61,168 nt of DNA from assembly GCA_044225505.1 (NCBI GenBank), contig JBGAIN010000031.1, forward strand, positions 1 to 61,168. Direction: 5' to 3'. The notes under the pieces were generated by a model that saw only the letters and a program-made list of their open reading frames with translations, made no database searches and was not told the origin of the DNA. Each line of letters opens with the position of its first letter. Position 1 is the first letter of the stretch. Below are positions 1-9,560 of the stretch, piece after piece. The position numbers and the translations under genes are program-made. This DNA comes from Limisphaerales bacterium (GTDB lineage: Bacteria; Verrucomicrobiota; Verrucomicrobiia; Limisphaerales; SIBE01).

Positions 1-2994
1 GATGCGGACCTGGCAACGGAGGAAAGCGGCACGGTCGATCCCAGCACGAGCAACAATCCAACCTTCAAGGTTGAATTCGATCCGGGCTCTCGGACCCTCC
101 GGCGCTGGGATGCCAATTCGAACCCGACCACTTTTGCCTATGATTCAGGCAACCGGCAGGTTCAGGCCTCCGACGCGCTCGGCAACGCCAGCCAACTGGA
201 GTACGATCCCAACTCCAACGTCGTGTCCGTTCGCCAGACGGAGGTGCCCGACGGCGCTCTTGTCGGTCAGGCCGAAACATATCTGACCACCTCCGTTTTC
301 GACGAACTGGACCGCCGCACTGAAACCCACGAACTTGGGCTCAATGGCAGCGCTTTGGATCACGCCACTCTCTTCGCGTACGATTCCCGAAATAATCTGA
401 TCTTGAGCCAGGATGCGGAAGGGCAATTTGCCTGGCACACTTATGATGATCAGAACAGGCTCATCCGAAGCCAACGTTTCGCGGGTGACCCTCTCCTGGG
501 CAAGCCAGCCGAACTGCTTCGTTACGAATTTGTCTACGATCGAAATGGGCGGAAGGTGGCTGATCGCGCCTTCACCAAAGCGACCGATCCGACCTCGGCG
601 CAGACCACGCTCCGGGCGTATGATGCAGGCGATCGATGCGTCCGAGAAGTGCCCCCCGATTCGGACGACCCGATCACCGGCGGGAGCGATGGTTCCGACG
701 GCAAATTCGACCGCGTTGAGATCCGCTATGATCCGAACAACAATCTGATCCGGTATCAGGAGCAGCGAGCCATCGTCTTCACGAATGAGTACGATCCCGG
801 TAATCGATTGTTCCAACAGAACATTTCGCTTGCTTCGTCCGTGGCCGGGACGACCCAGCAACAGTTTGAATATGACCCGCTCAATCGTCTGACGAGCGCG
901 CGCAACAACTACGCGCAAATCGATCGCGAGTACGACGCGTTATCGCGGCAAATCGCCGAAATCCAATCGATTCGCCTGGATGGCTCGGGTTTCCAGCGGG
1001 GATGGGAGCAGCCTGTGCGGGTCTTGTGTCGCTATGATCGGCAATCCAATCGCATCGGCTCGACCGTCTTGGCCGGGGCTAGCGCCAATCTGGAAATCTG
1101 GCGAACATTTGACCCGCTCAACCGTATCTCCACCATTGCCGCCTCCTATTTCGATAGGACGAATCGTTCGATTGCTTCCTATCGGTACCTTGGGTCCCAG
1201 CGAGTTCAGCGCAAGGAGTTGGGCAATGGTCTCACGCTTTCGGTCCGCTTCGACCCGCACCGCCGCGTTCAGTCGATGATCTGGGCTAGCGGCACGAATC
1301 AGCTGGCCGGTTTCGAGTATGGATACGACCGGATGAACAACGTCCTCTTCGAGCGATACTTGCACGACAGCGGTCGCTACGATCATTTTGCATACAACCC
1401 TCGCTACGAAGTCAGCCAAATCACTTACCGCTCCGACAAGGTGACGCCCCCTGCTGCGCCCCAGGATTCATTCTCCTATGACGACCTGTTCAACCGGGTG
1501 GACGCCAGTTTTCACCAGCCGTTTGGGACAAATCCGAATCTCGCGGACAAATACAATGTCGGCCCGGCGAACGAACTACTCGTCTTGAATCGCCAAGGGC
1601 AGGACTTCGTGCTGGAACACGATCAGGCTGGAAATGCCACCCGCTTGCCGCTCTTGCCGATCACAGGTCTGGCCGGTGCCCAGGACGTCCTGGCCTCCGC
1701 TCGCTGGGATGCATTCAATTGCCTCTTGGAGATTGATCCGGTCCAAAACCCGAAACAACAGTTTCGTTACGATGCCTTGCGCCGCCGCATTGCCGCTTAC
1801 AATTCTGAAACCCGTCCGGAAGGAGGCCGGAGATTCATTTACGATGGCTGGACCGAGGTCGAAGAACGCACTTTCGATTTGGGCGCGACGCTGGCGGAGG
1901 CCCCTTCGACGCTAACACGCATTCTCGTTTCCGGACCAGAGCTCGATGAGCCTCTCTTGAGCGCCCTCGATCGAGACGGGGATAGGCGCCTGGGCGGCGC
2001 CAACCGAAAGAACGTCCGCGACATCGATGCGGATCAAGAGTATTTCTTCGCCCTGAACCGGATCGGAAGCGTGCAGACGCTGGTCGACGCAGACTCGTCC
2101 CGACATGCGCTGGAGTTCTATCGTTACTCAGGCTTCGGAGAGCCGGTTGTGCTCGCGGCGGTAGATGACAATAATGACGGCGTCGAAGATACTCCCACCG
2201 ATCTGAGCGACAACGCCCTTCGTGGCGTCGAACGGGCCTCAGTCGAATTCGACAATTCCTGGCTTTTCGCCGCCAAGCGGTATGACGATCGTGCCGGGCT
2301 CTACCAGAATCGCGCCCGCTACCTGGAACCGCGGCAAAATCGCTATCTCTCGCGAGACCCTGGGGGAACATGGTTTGATCCCCTGTCCCTAGGGAATGCT
2401 TACGCGCACGCCGCCAATCGTCCAACCACTTTCATTGACCCTTACGGGCTCAAAGGGCGCAGTCGGATTGATTCGGGGTCCCACACGCGGCTGGAGAGTT
2501 GCTGTAATCAGGAAGAGGATTTCTGGAAAATTGCCGGCTTCAAGAGCGAATGGGATTGCTGGACATCCTGCATGGCAGACATGGCATCAAAGCCTATTTC
2601 CTTTGTTGTGTACGTCACGGGAAGCGTCGGCACGATATTAGGGGCCGGTTCGAGCGCAACGACGTCCACGGCCGCCGCTGCCGGTGGTGGCGCCGCCGCT
2701 GGAGGAGGCGCGGCCGGCGCTGGCGGAACCGCCGGGGCCGGAGCGACGATTGGCGGTCTCGGTTCCTTGCTCGGAGCGATCTCGGCTGGCATTGGGCTCG
2801 GAGTCGGAGCGGGTTGCGCGATCCATTGCGAATGGAATTGGTGCATCCGTCCCGGGACTTGGATTCCGGTGGGTGAAGTCCTGGAGAACTACAACGAGTT
2901 TGGACCCCTGCTCGCGGAACAAAGCATCTGCAGTCTCCAAAGACTGGAGTCCTCCGCTTCGACAGCCTGGATTTGCCTGGAATTCAAACGTTGA
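1..2994 (+). CDS. RHS/YD-repeat protein with RHS core and Cys/Gly-rich C-terminal tip (5' end outside window)
   Basis: Frame 1 is open from base 1. It has many YD repeats and core motifs (YRYSGFGE, GLYQNRARYLEP, RYLSRDP, NAYAHAANRPTTFIDPYG = PxxxxDPxG), followed by a ~180-aa tip. Confidence 0.93.
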   Translation, partial: DADLATEESGTVDPSTSNNPTFKVEFDPGSRTLRRWDANSNPTTFAYDSGNRQVQASDALGNASQLEYDPNSNVVSVRQTEVPDGALVGQAETYLTTSVFDELDRRTETHELGLNGSALDHATLFAYDSRNNLILSQDAEGQFAWHTYDDQNRLIRSQRFAGDPLLGKPAELLRYEFVYDRNGRKVADRAFTKATDPTSAQTTLRAYDAGDRCVREVPPDSDDPITGGSDGSDGKFDRVEIRYDPNNNLIRYQEQRAIVFTNEYDPGNRLFQQNISLASSVAGTTQQQFEYDPLNRLTSARNNYAQIDREYDALSRQIAEIQSIRLDGSGFQRGWEQPVRVLCRYDRQSNRIGSTVLAGASANLEIWRTFDPLNRISTIAASYFDRTNRSIASYRYLGSQRVQRKELGNGLTLSVRFDPHRRVQSMIWASGTNQLAGFEYGYDRMNNVLFERYLHDSGRYDHFAYNPRYEVSQITYRSDKVTPPAAPQDSFSYDDLFNRVDASFHQPFGTNPNLADKYNVGPANELLVLNRQGQDFVLEHDQAGNATRLPLLPITGLAGAQDVLASARWDAFNCLLEIDPVQNPKQQFRYDALRRRIAAYNSETRPEGGRRFIYDGWTEVEERTFDLGATLAEAPSTLTRILVSGPELDEPLLSALDRDGDRRLGGANRKNVRDIDADQEYFFALNRIGSVQTLVDADSSRHALEFYRYSGFGEPVVLAAVDDNNDGVEDTPTDLSDNALRGVERASVEFDNSWLFAAKRYDDRAGLYQNRARYLEPRQNRYLSRDPGGTWFDPLSLGNAYAHAANRPTTFIDPYGLKGRSRIDSGSHTRLESCCNQEEDFWKIAGFKSEWDCWTSCMADMASKPISFVVYVTGSVGTILGAGSSATTSTAAAAGGGAAAGGGAAGAGGTAGAGATIGGLGSLLGAISAGIGLGVGAGCAIHCEWNWCIRPGTWIPVGEVLENYNEFGPLLAEQSICSLQRLESSASTAWICLEFKR

Positions 2995-3365
2995 CCTCAA
3001 GGAGGCGCAAGACCGTGAAGTGTTACCGATCGAATTGACATCGCACTTTCTGCCGATCTGGCGCGGTAGCGATTTGGGGTGTGTTGCCGGATAGGCATCG
3101 GGTTTTGCAGCCGAAGTGCCGCGATGCGGTCGTAGGGGTACGACTCGTTTGGCTCATTTGGAGAGAGGGCATCCGGTGGGCTGGCCCCAACTGGCAAGGG
3201 AGCGATTCTGTCAGGCTTGGCTGAACTGAGATCGGAGTTTGGGACCCGATGGCTGCGGTTGCGGCGGAGCGGCGGAAAAGCGTTTGCGCGCGGAGGGCGA
3301 GAGCTTGGCCCGGTTATTGAAGAGGATGCTGGCCAAGCTGCCGCCCTTGGGTTCTCGGATCCCGG

Positions 3366-3630
3366 TCAAGGGCCGGTGATGTGTCGCATGGTATCGGGGA
3401 AGGACAATCCCAGAACTTTGACAAAGAAGTCGATGGCGTTGCCCGCCAGTGCACGCTGGGGCCAGCGCCAGTAGGCGTCTTTGACGATCAAGCCGGGGAA
3501 AGCGGGCAAGGTCAGGTTACCCGCGTCGCGCGCGACGATTTGAAGGCCGCGCTTTTGGAGAAGCGGAGCTAAGGGAGCCATGCGGGCGGCGCGGATCTGC
3601 TCCCGGGTCCAGGGGGTGCGATTAGGGGGA
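3366..3630 (-). pseudogene. Small hypothetical protein, 5' end cut by the adjacent element; GNAIDFF motif resembles the end of CHC2 primase zinc-finger domains
   Basis: Reads PWTREQIRAARMAPLAPLLQKRG...GNAIDFFVKVLGLSF. The frame runs into the element end at 3636. Confidence 0.4.
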
Positions 3631-3635
3631 AAAAT

Positions 3636-3917
3636 GGCAATGGGGTCGTATCTAAATCGTTGACAGTTGCCAATACAGACCTCCGAGCGGTAACGCTACC
3701 GCACGGGTTTTCGCGCGCCCTGCCAAACCGGCAACTCCGCCACCGCGCCCAGAAACCGCTGCCGATCCGCGTCGTCCCAAAACAACGCTTCTCCCCGATG
3801 CCCTGATTCATAAAGTGATACCACGCACCTGCCACGTCCACGCGCAACGCTCTTGCCACTTCTCCAGCACGGGACCCTTCACCATTCTGTCAACTCTTTA
3901 GACACGACCCCATTGCC
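3636..3917 (-). mobile_element. Miniature RAYT-derived element, copy A (5' stub of HUH/Y1 transposase between inverted ends)
   Basis: 31-bp inverted repeats at 3636-3666 (ggcaatggggtcgtatctaaatcgttgacag) and 3887-3917, 28/31 identical by eye. Stub MARALRVDVAGAWYHFMNQG starts at 3859 and then frameshifts. Confidence 0.8.
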
Positions 3918-4125
3918 TTCTTGAGCGTAGATTGACATCAGTTTGGGTTGAAAAGAACGGAGCCTAGGTGAACGATTAGCGGTTTGAAGGCGAAGACCCC
4001 GCCAGGAAATTAACGGAAAGAAACACCGCGTGCCGATAGCTAGCCGAAAGAATTTGTTGAAACAAATCTCCGGCAGATTGAGTCTTTCAGCTGAGCATTA
4101 TTTGCCAATTCGTAATGCGATAGCC

Positions 4126-5196
4126 ATGAATAAACCCAGAGTTACATTTGACCAACTGCTGAGGCACCGATGCTTCGCCATCCTGGCCATGCTTGCGCTC
4201 GTCTTTTGCTGCAACGTCGGAGCCGCAGACGAGGCGACGCCGAGCTTCTCCAAAATGGAGGCTAACTTGGAACGGCTGCGCGGGCGCTGGAACGTTCCAG
4301 GAATGGCTGCCGGAGTGGCCCTCCGCAATCAGATTGTCTGGGCGAAGGGATTTGGATTGGCCGATCTCACGACGAAGCAGCCCGTCACTCCGGACACCGT
4401 CTTTCATTTGGCGTCGTTGACAAAACCATTCGCCGCCGTGGTGTTGCTGCAACTGGTTGAAGCCGGCCAACTCAATCTTGACGCGCCGATTGAATCTTTC
4501 GGTATCGATCTCAAGGCGGACGGGGGCATTCGAGTTCGACACCTGCTGACGCACACTTCCGAGGGAAACCCGGGCGAAGTGTTCCGCTATAACGGCAACC
4601 GCTTCGCCAAATTGGATGCGGTGCTGGAAGGCGCGGCCAAAAAGTCATTCGCTCAACTGGTCAGCGAGCGCGTGCTGTTCCCCTTAAGCCTGACCAACAC
4701 CTCTCCTAATCCGTACAACCCTGCTGCCTGCGCCGCCGCCGGCCGCGTCGCGGATGACTTTCTTCAGCGCTCTGCGCGCGGCTACGCGTTCGACGGAAAA
4801 ACGCCTGTTGACTACCCAAAACATTTTGTGACCGCGGCTGGATTGGTTTCTACGGTTGGGGACGTTCTGCGTTTCTCGATGGCCTTGGATGGCGATCAAT
4901 TACTTCAACCTGAAGCAAAACGACTGGCGTTCACCGCTGCAAAATCATCAAACGGAAAAGTTCTGCCTTACGGCATGGGATGGTTCGTCCAACCGAGAAA
5001 AGGAGTCAAAATCCTCTGGCACTACGGCTGGGATCGCGCCAATTCATCTCTGATAATCAAAGTGCCGGACCGCGAAGTGACCTTCGTTCTCTTAGGGAAT
5101 TCCGAAGCCTTAAGCCGGAAGTTTGATCTAGGCCAGGATGAAGACGTGAGTCGCTCTCCCTTTGCGCGCGAGTTCCTTAAGGCGATTGGCCTCTGA
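4126..5196 (+). CDS. Secreted serine hydrolase, beta-lactamase class C / AmpC-like family
   Basis: SxxK (ASLTK), RHLLTHTS, FRYNG and WHYG motifs; signal-peptide-like N-terminus. Confidence 0.9.
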   Translation: MNKPRVTFDQLLRHRCFAILAMLALVFCCNVGAADEATPSFSKMEANLERLRGRWNVPGMAAGVALRNQIVWAKGFGLADLTTKQPVTPDTVFHLASLTKPFAAVVLLQLVEAGQLNLDAPIESFGIDLKADGGIRVRHLLTHTSEGNPGEVFRYNGNRFAKLDAVLEGAAKKSFAQLVSERVLFPLSLTNTSPNPYNPAACAAAGRVADDFLQRSARGYAFDGKTPVDYPKHFVTAAGLVSTVGDVLRFSMALDGDQLLQPEAKRLAFTAAKSSNGKVLPYGMGWFVQPRKGVKILWHYGWDRANSSLIIKVPDREVTFVLLGNSEALSRKFDLGQDEDVSRSPFAREFLKAIGL

Positions 5197-5369
5197 AGAT
5201 CCGATCAGTGCTTCGGAGAAGAACCGACCAAGATCAGCGGAAAGAAAAAACGCACTGCTGCAAAAAAGCAATGCGGTTATGTGCAGTTTCAATCTGCCGG
5301 ATCACACCCAAGACGTGCGATTTCGGCACTCCCGATCAAGCGCTTCACATAAATAGACGCTCCGCATAA

Positions 5370-5530
5370 CATAATCATCCTTCCGGGTCAACGAAGCCAA
5401 GTCTCAATGACACCGTGGCGACCGAATCCCTGAAGAAGGCGGGCGAAATGATTGGAATTACACTCCGCGACCATATCATCGTTGGGAATGATTCCTTCTA
5501 CTCGTATGCGGAAGAAGGCTGCGTCCTGTC
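5370..5530 (+). pseudogene. radC: RadC-like JAB domain, C-terminal remnant
   Basis: Reads HNHPSGSTKPSLND...LKKAGEMIGITLRDHIIVG...FYSYAEEG. An in-frame TAA lies just upstream (5367-5369) and there is no N-terminal part. Confidence 0.8.
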
Positions 5531-5717
5531 CCAAAAGGGGAGGGGAATGGTCTCAAAGACGATTCCTCCCCACATTTTCACTCAAAGCGATGTCTCTTGC
5601 GCACACTCCCGCTATGCTGGTTGGGCGAGGCTTCGATCTCCTACCTATTCCGTGGCCCCACTTTCCCGAGGGCGCGCGAGCGGGCCATGATATCTTCTCC
5701 TGCGATAGAAGTGGAAA

Positions 5718-6033
5718 GCAATGGGGTCGTGGAAGCAAGCGACAGAAGAGTGTGCCGCTTTGATGTTGGAGGAATGGCAACGTTGCGAGTGGATGTAGGG
5801 GACGCGGTATCACGTCAGGGATGGGGGGGGGCATCGAGGAGAAGCGTTGTTTTTGGGCGACGCGGATCGGCAGAGGAATCTGGGCGCGGTGGGGGAGTTG
5901 CGGGAGCACTATGGGCTGGACTTCAGAGATTCTTCCTTTGCTGGGAGGCGCTGCCCGATGATCCCGAAGCGCCAAGGCTTTGTCGCGGCTCTCAGCAAAC
6001 GATGTCAACGCTGTGGATACGACCCCATTTGCC
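5718..6033 (+). mobile_element. Miniature RAYT-derived element, copy B (inverted relative to copy A)
   Basis: Ends gcaatggggtcgtg (5718) and tgtcaac...gatacgaccccatttgcc (6003-6033). GGAGG plus ATG at 5774 begins MATLRVDVGDA. 5829-5904 is nearly identical to the reverse complement of ~3727-3803. Confidence 0.78.
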
Positions 6034-6041
6034 TCTCGCTT

Positions 6042-6881
6042 ATCTCGTTTCTGATTTCGAATCGAATCGGAATCGAAAATAGGGATCCGATTGGCTGGAT
6101 TTCGCTCGCGGGAACCACGGATGGCGCGAAAAGGATCTCGATCCCGATCCCGATAGCGACCCCGACCCCGACCGGATGGGGACAATTCTGAGACCGGAAG
6201 ACGACAAGAGCTCGCCAACATCGGTGGTCGTTTCGTTTCTGATCGGCGTCGGTATCGGAATCGGAATCGGAATCGAAAATAGGGATCCGATTGGCTGGAT
6301 TTCGCTCGTGGGAACCACGGATGGCGCGAAAAGGATCTCGATCCCGATCCCGATAGCGACGCCGACCCCGACCGGATGGGGACAATGCCGAGACCGAAGA
6401 CGACAAGAGCTCGCCAACATCGGTCATCATCTCGTTTCTGATCGGCGTCGGTATCGGAATCGGAATCGGAATCTAAAATAGGGATCCGATTGGCTGATTT
6501 CGCTCTCGTGGGAACCACGGATGGCGCGAAAGGATCTCGATCCCGATCCCGATAGCGACCCCGACCCCGACCGGATGGGGACAATTCTGAACCGGATGAC
6601 GACAAGGGCCGGCCAACATCGGTGGTCGTTTTGTTTCTGATCGGCGTCGGAATCGGAATCGGAATCGGAATCGAAAACAGGGATCCGATTGGCTGGATTT
6701 CGTTCGTGGGAACCACCGATGGCGCGAAAGCGAGCCCGATCCCGATGGCGATAGCGACCCCGACCCCGACCGGATGGGGACAACGCCGAGACCGGATGAC
6801 GACAAGGGCCGGCCAACATCGGTGGTCGTTTCGTTTCTGATCGGCGTCGGAATCGGAATCGGAATCGGAATCGAAAACAGG
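6042..6881. repeat. Tandem array of 199-200-bp units (about 4.2 copies) with inverted hexamer arms
   Basis: Anchor agggatccga occurs at 6081, 6281, 6480 and 6679, with a partial copy at 6879. Confidence 0.97.
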
Positions 6882-6915
6882 AAAAAAGCAATGGTGCCGT
6901 CTCTAACGAGTCGAC

Positions 6916-8181
6916 TCAAGACGTTGCATCCCGTTTCTCTGGCCAGGTCAGGACGAACATCGCGGCGAGCAGGGGCAGTACCCCGGCCACCAGGATCATG
7001 GGAGCGAATTTGCCAATCGCCGGGGAATGAGTATCGGCGAAGCGCCCGACGAGCGGGTGCAGCTTGGAGTTGATCAACCAGACCGTGGCGCCGATTAGTC
7101 CGAGGCACTTGGAAGTGTGGGCCGGAGCGATGTCCTGGACGAACGCGTAAAACATGGCAAACACGCCCATGATCCCCGCCCCAACCAGGCAGTAGAGGGG
7201 AACCATCGTCCATCGATCGGGATGCAAAATGATGGGCGTTCCCGCCAGGCATAGCAACGACGCGATTACCATCACGAGTTTTCGGGCTCGTTCCACAGAA
7301 CGTTTGCCCGTGGTGAGCTTTTTAGCCACGAATCCGATGAGGATGCTGCCGAGGTCAGCGGCCAAAAAGTAAGCCATCAGCAAGTACTGGAGTTCCTTGT
7401 TGGTGAAGCCCAGGTCCAAGACCAAGTGCCGCGGCAACCAGACCCGATAGAAATGCCACGACATGTTCACCGCAATGCCAACGGCCAGCGTGATCCAAAA
7501 CGTTCTCAAGCCAAACACAGCCAGGAATGGAATCCGGCCAGGCTCGTTTGGTGTTGCCGCAACGGGAGGTCGCATTTCCGCTTCCCGTGCACCGCGTGTT
7601 CCCCAAAGCCAGAGAACGACCCATAGGGAACCGACGATTCCCACGATTTTGAATAACGAGCGCCAGCCCTCGCCGTGATCGCCAACCAGGGCAAGGACGA
7701 ATAGCGGCGTCAACACGGCGCCAAAAGTCATACCACTATTGAAGACGCCGTTGGCAAAACCCTGCGACTCTCGAGGAATGATCCGGCGGACGACGCCAAC
7801 GGCAACCGGCCAATTAAACGCTTCTCCCGCGCCCAGGATCGCCCGGCAGATCTGGAGCTGAAGCAGCGAACCGACATAGCCCGTGGCAACCCCCGCCACC
7901 GACCAAACCAGCACGGCTCCGGCATAAAGCCAGCGCAGGCTCCAACGGTCCGCCAGAAAGCCGGCGATGATCAAAGATATGGCAAACGAATAGCCGAACC
8001 ACGCTTCGAGCGTCCCGTAACCTTCTTCGGTCAGGTTAAAATCTTGTTTGATAAATGAGCTGACGGACCCCAGCGCTTGGCGATCCATATAGTTCACGAC
8101 GGTGGCCAGGAGCATTAGGATGACCACCCACCATTTCCAGGCAGGAATGGGTGTGCTGGCGGGAGAGGCAGCGCTGGGCAT
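6916..8181 (-). CDS. MFS transporter (ACS / hexuronate transporter-like)
   Basis: NYMDRQ, GFLADRW and RAILGAGEAFNWP motifs; about 12 hydrophobic segments. ATG at 8181 preferred as start. Confidence 0.92.
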   Translation of the reverse strand: MPSAASPASTPIPAWKWWVVILMLLATVVNYMDRQALGSVSSFIKQDFNLTEEGYGTLEAWFGYSFAISLIIAGFLADRWSLRWLYAGAVLVWSVAGVATGYVGSLLQLQICRAILGAGEAFNWPVAVGVVRRIIPRESQGFANGVFNSGMTFGAVLTPLFVLALVGDHGEGWRSLFKIVGIVGSLWVVLWLWGTRGAREAEMRPPVAATPNEPGRIPFLAVFGLRTFWITLAVGIAVNMSWHFYRVWLPRHLVLDLGFTNKELQYLLMAYFLAADLGSILIGFVAKKLTTGKRSVERARKLVMVIASLLCLAGTPIILHPDRWTMVPLYCLVGAGIMGVFAMFYAFVQDIAPAHTSKCLGLIGATVWLINSKLHPLVGRFADTHSPAIGKFAPMILVAGVLPLLAAMFVLTWPEKRDATS

Positions 8182-8292
8182 GTGAGTGCGGCCATCGTAA
8201 GGCCCATATCTGGCACCGGGCAAGTCAAAGACGTTGCTTGAAAGAGAACGGATACCCAAGTTTGAGTCCTGCGCTGGGGTTGAGAATCCGAT

Positions 8293-8782
8293 CATCGGTC
8301 ATCATCTCGTTTCGGATCGGCGTCGGAATCGGAATCGGAATCGGAATCGAAAATAGGGATCCGATTGACTGGATTTCGTTCGTGGGAACCACGGATGGCG
8401 CGAAAAGGATCTCGATCCCGATCGCGATAGCGACCCCGACCCCGACCGGATGGGGACAATGCCGAGACCGGAAGACGACAAGAGCTCGCCAGCTTCGGTC
8501 ATCATCTCGTTTCGGATCGGCGTCGGAATCGGAATCGGTATCGGTATCGAAAATAGGGATCCGATTGGCTGGATTTCGTTCGTGGGAACCACGGATGGCG
8601 CGAAAAGGATCTCGATCCCGATCCCGATAGCGACCCCGACCCCGACCGGATGGGGACAATGCCGAGACCGGATGACGACAAGAGCTCGCCAACATCGGTG
8701 GTCGTTTTGTTTCTGATCGGCGTCGGAATCGGAATCGGAATCGGAATCGAAAACAGGGATCCGATTGGCTGGATTTCGTTCG
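8293..8782. repeat. Second tandem array of the same 200-bp unit (about 2.4 copies), same orientation
   Basis: Anchor agggatccga at 8355, 8555 and 8755. Confidence 0.97.
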
Positions 8783-8845
8783 GCGTCACTGCGTTTGGCA
8801 GCAGGAGTTGCAGCGACAGAAACACGGCGACAAGGATCACCACGC

Positions 8846-9553
8846 TCAAAAAGAAGTATGCTTTGCCGCCTGGTCATGCTCACCGATAGAGCGGTGGGAC
8901 GTGGGAGAGTTGGGCCGCAGCGCTTTCGCAAGCAGCGTGTAGGATTCGACCAGGCCAGCCTCGATCTGCGTCCAGTCGTCCGGGGTCATCCGGCCGTCCG
9001 CTCGCTCGTCCCGGTACTGCATCATTTGCGCCCGTCGAAGCGCGGACGGTCGCAGGGTATCGGCGCTCGTCCCGAAGAGTTCCGCACCCACTCGGGCCAC
9101 CGCTTCGCCATAGATGTCTGGGCCAACCTGTTCCCGCCGCAGTTGCCACCATTCCAGTTCGAGCCGGGCGGCGCGTGGCACGTCAAAGGATTCGCCTCCG
9201 TGCCGCTGCAGGACGGCAAAGTACCGTTCCAGATAGGGCAGGGCGGAAGCCGCTTCCTGTCGGCTGCGCGAGGGTTGAAAGGCCATTGCCGCTTGCGCGG
9301 TGGAATAGGCAATGAGCGCGCTGTCCCAAGGTGAAAAGCCGTATTCCGATCGATGGAGGCGGTAAAGGGCCAGGGCCAGAGGCCAGGACCGATGTTCGTA
9401 GTAAGATCGCCACATCTCCGTCTCCAATGCCCCGACCGCTTGCGGATTGTAATCCCGGAGGCTGGCGTGCCTGGGCCAGAAGAGATACGGTAAAATCAGC
9501 CCCAGGGCCAGTGCCGTTCCCCAACGCAGCCGCGGATTGAACCGGCGCGCCAT
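8846..9553 (-). CDS. Hypothetical protein with N-terminal membrane anchor
   Basis: 235-aa ORF with helical, protein-like composition (LETEMWRSYY, ARLELEWWQ). Starts 8 bp after the cytochrome gene. Confidence 0.75.
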   Translation of the reverse strand: MARRFNPRLRWGTALALGLILPYLFWPRHASLRDYNPQAVGALETEMWRSYYEHRSWPLALALYRLHRSEYGFSPWDSALIAYSTAQAAMAFQPSRSRQEAASALPYLERYFAVLQRHGGESFDVPRAARLELEWWQLRREQVGPDIYGEAVARVGAELFGTSADTLRPSALRRAQMMQYRDERADGRMTPDDWTQIEAGLVESYTLLAKALRPNSPTSHRSIGEHDQAAKHTSF

Positions 9554-9560
9554 ACACGAG

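Noticed and set aside
5270..5370. Integron attC-like core sites (GTTATGT, GCATAAC)
   Set aside because: The order is wrong for a single attC, there are no paired L boxes or long hairpin, and no integron integrase is present.
6042..8782. CRISPR array
   Set aside because: Whole 200-bp units repeat, so the linkers are not unique spacers, and there are no cas genes in the window.
8783..8849. Signal-peptide-like gene start cut by the second array
   Set aside because: Only about 22 codons from a TTG start; too short to support.
5553..8931. Many ORFs with IPIPIP / RFRFRF / DSDSDS / GIGIGI runs
   Set aside because: These are translations of the non-coding repeats in all six frames; the period is not a multiple of 3.
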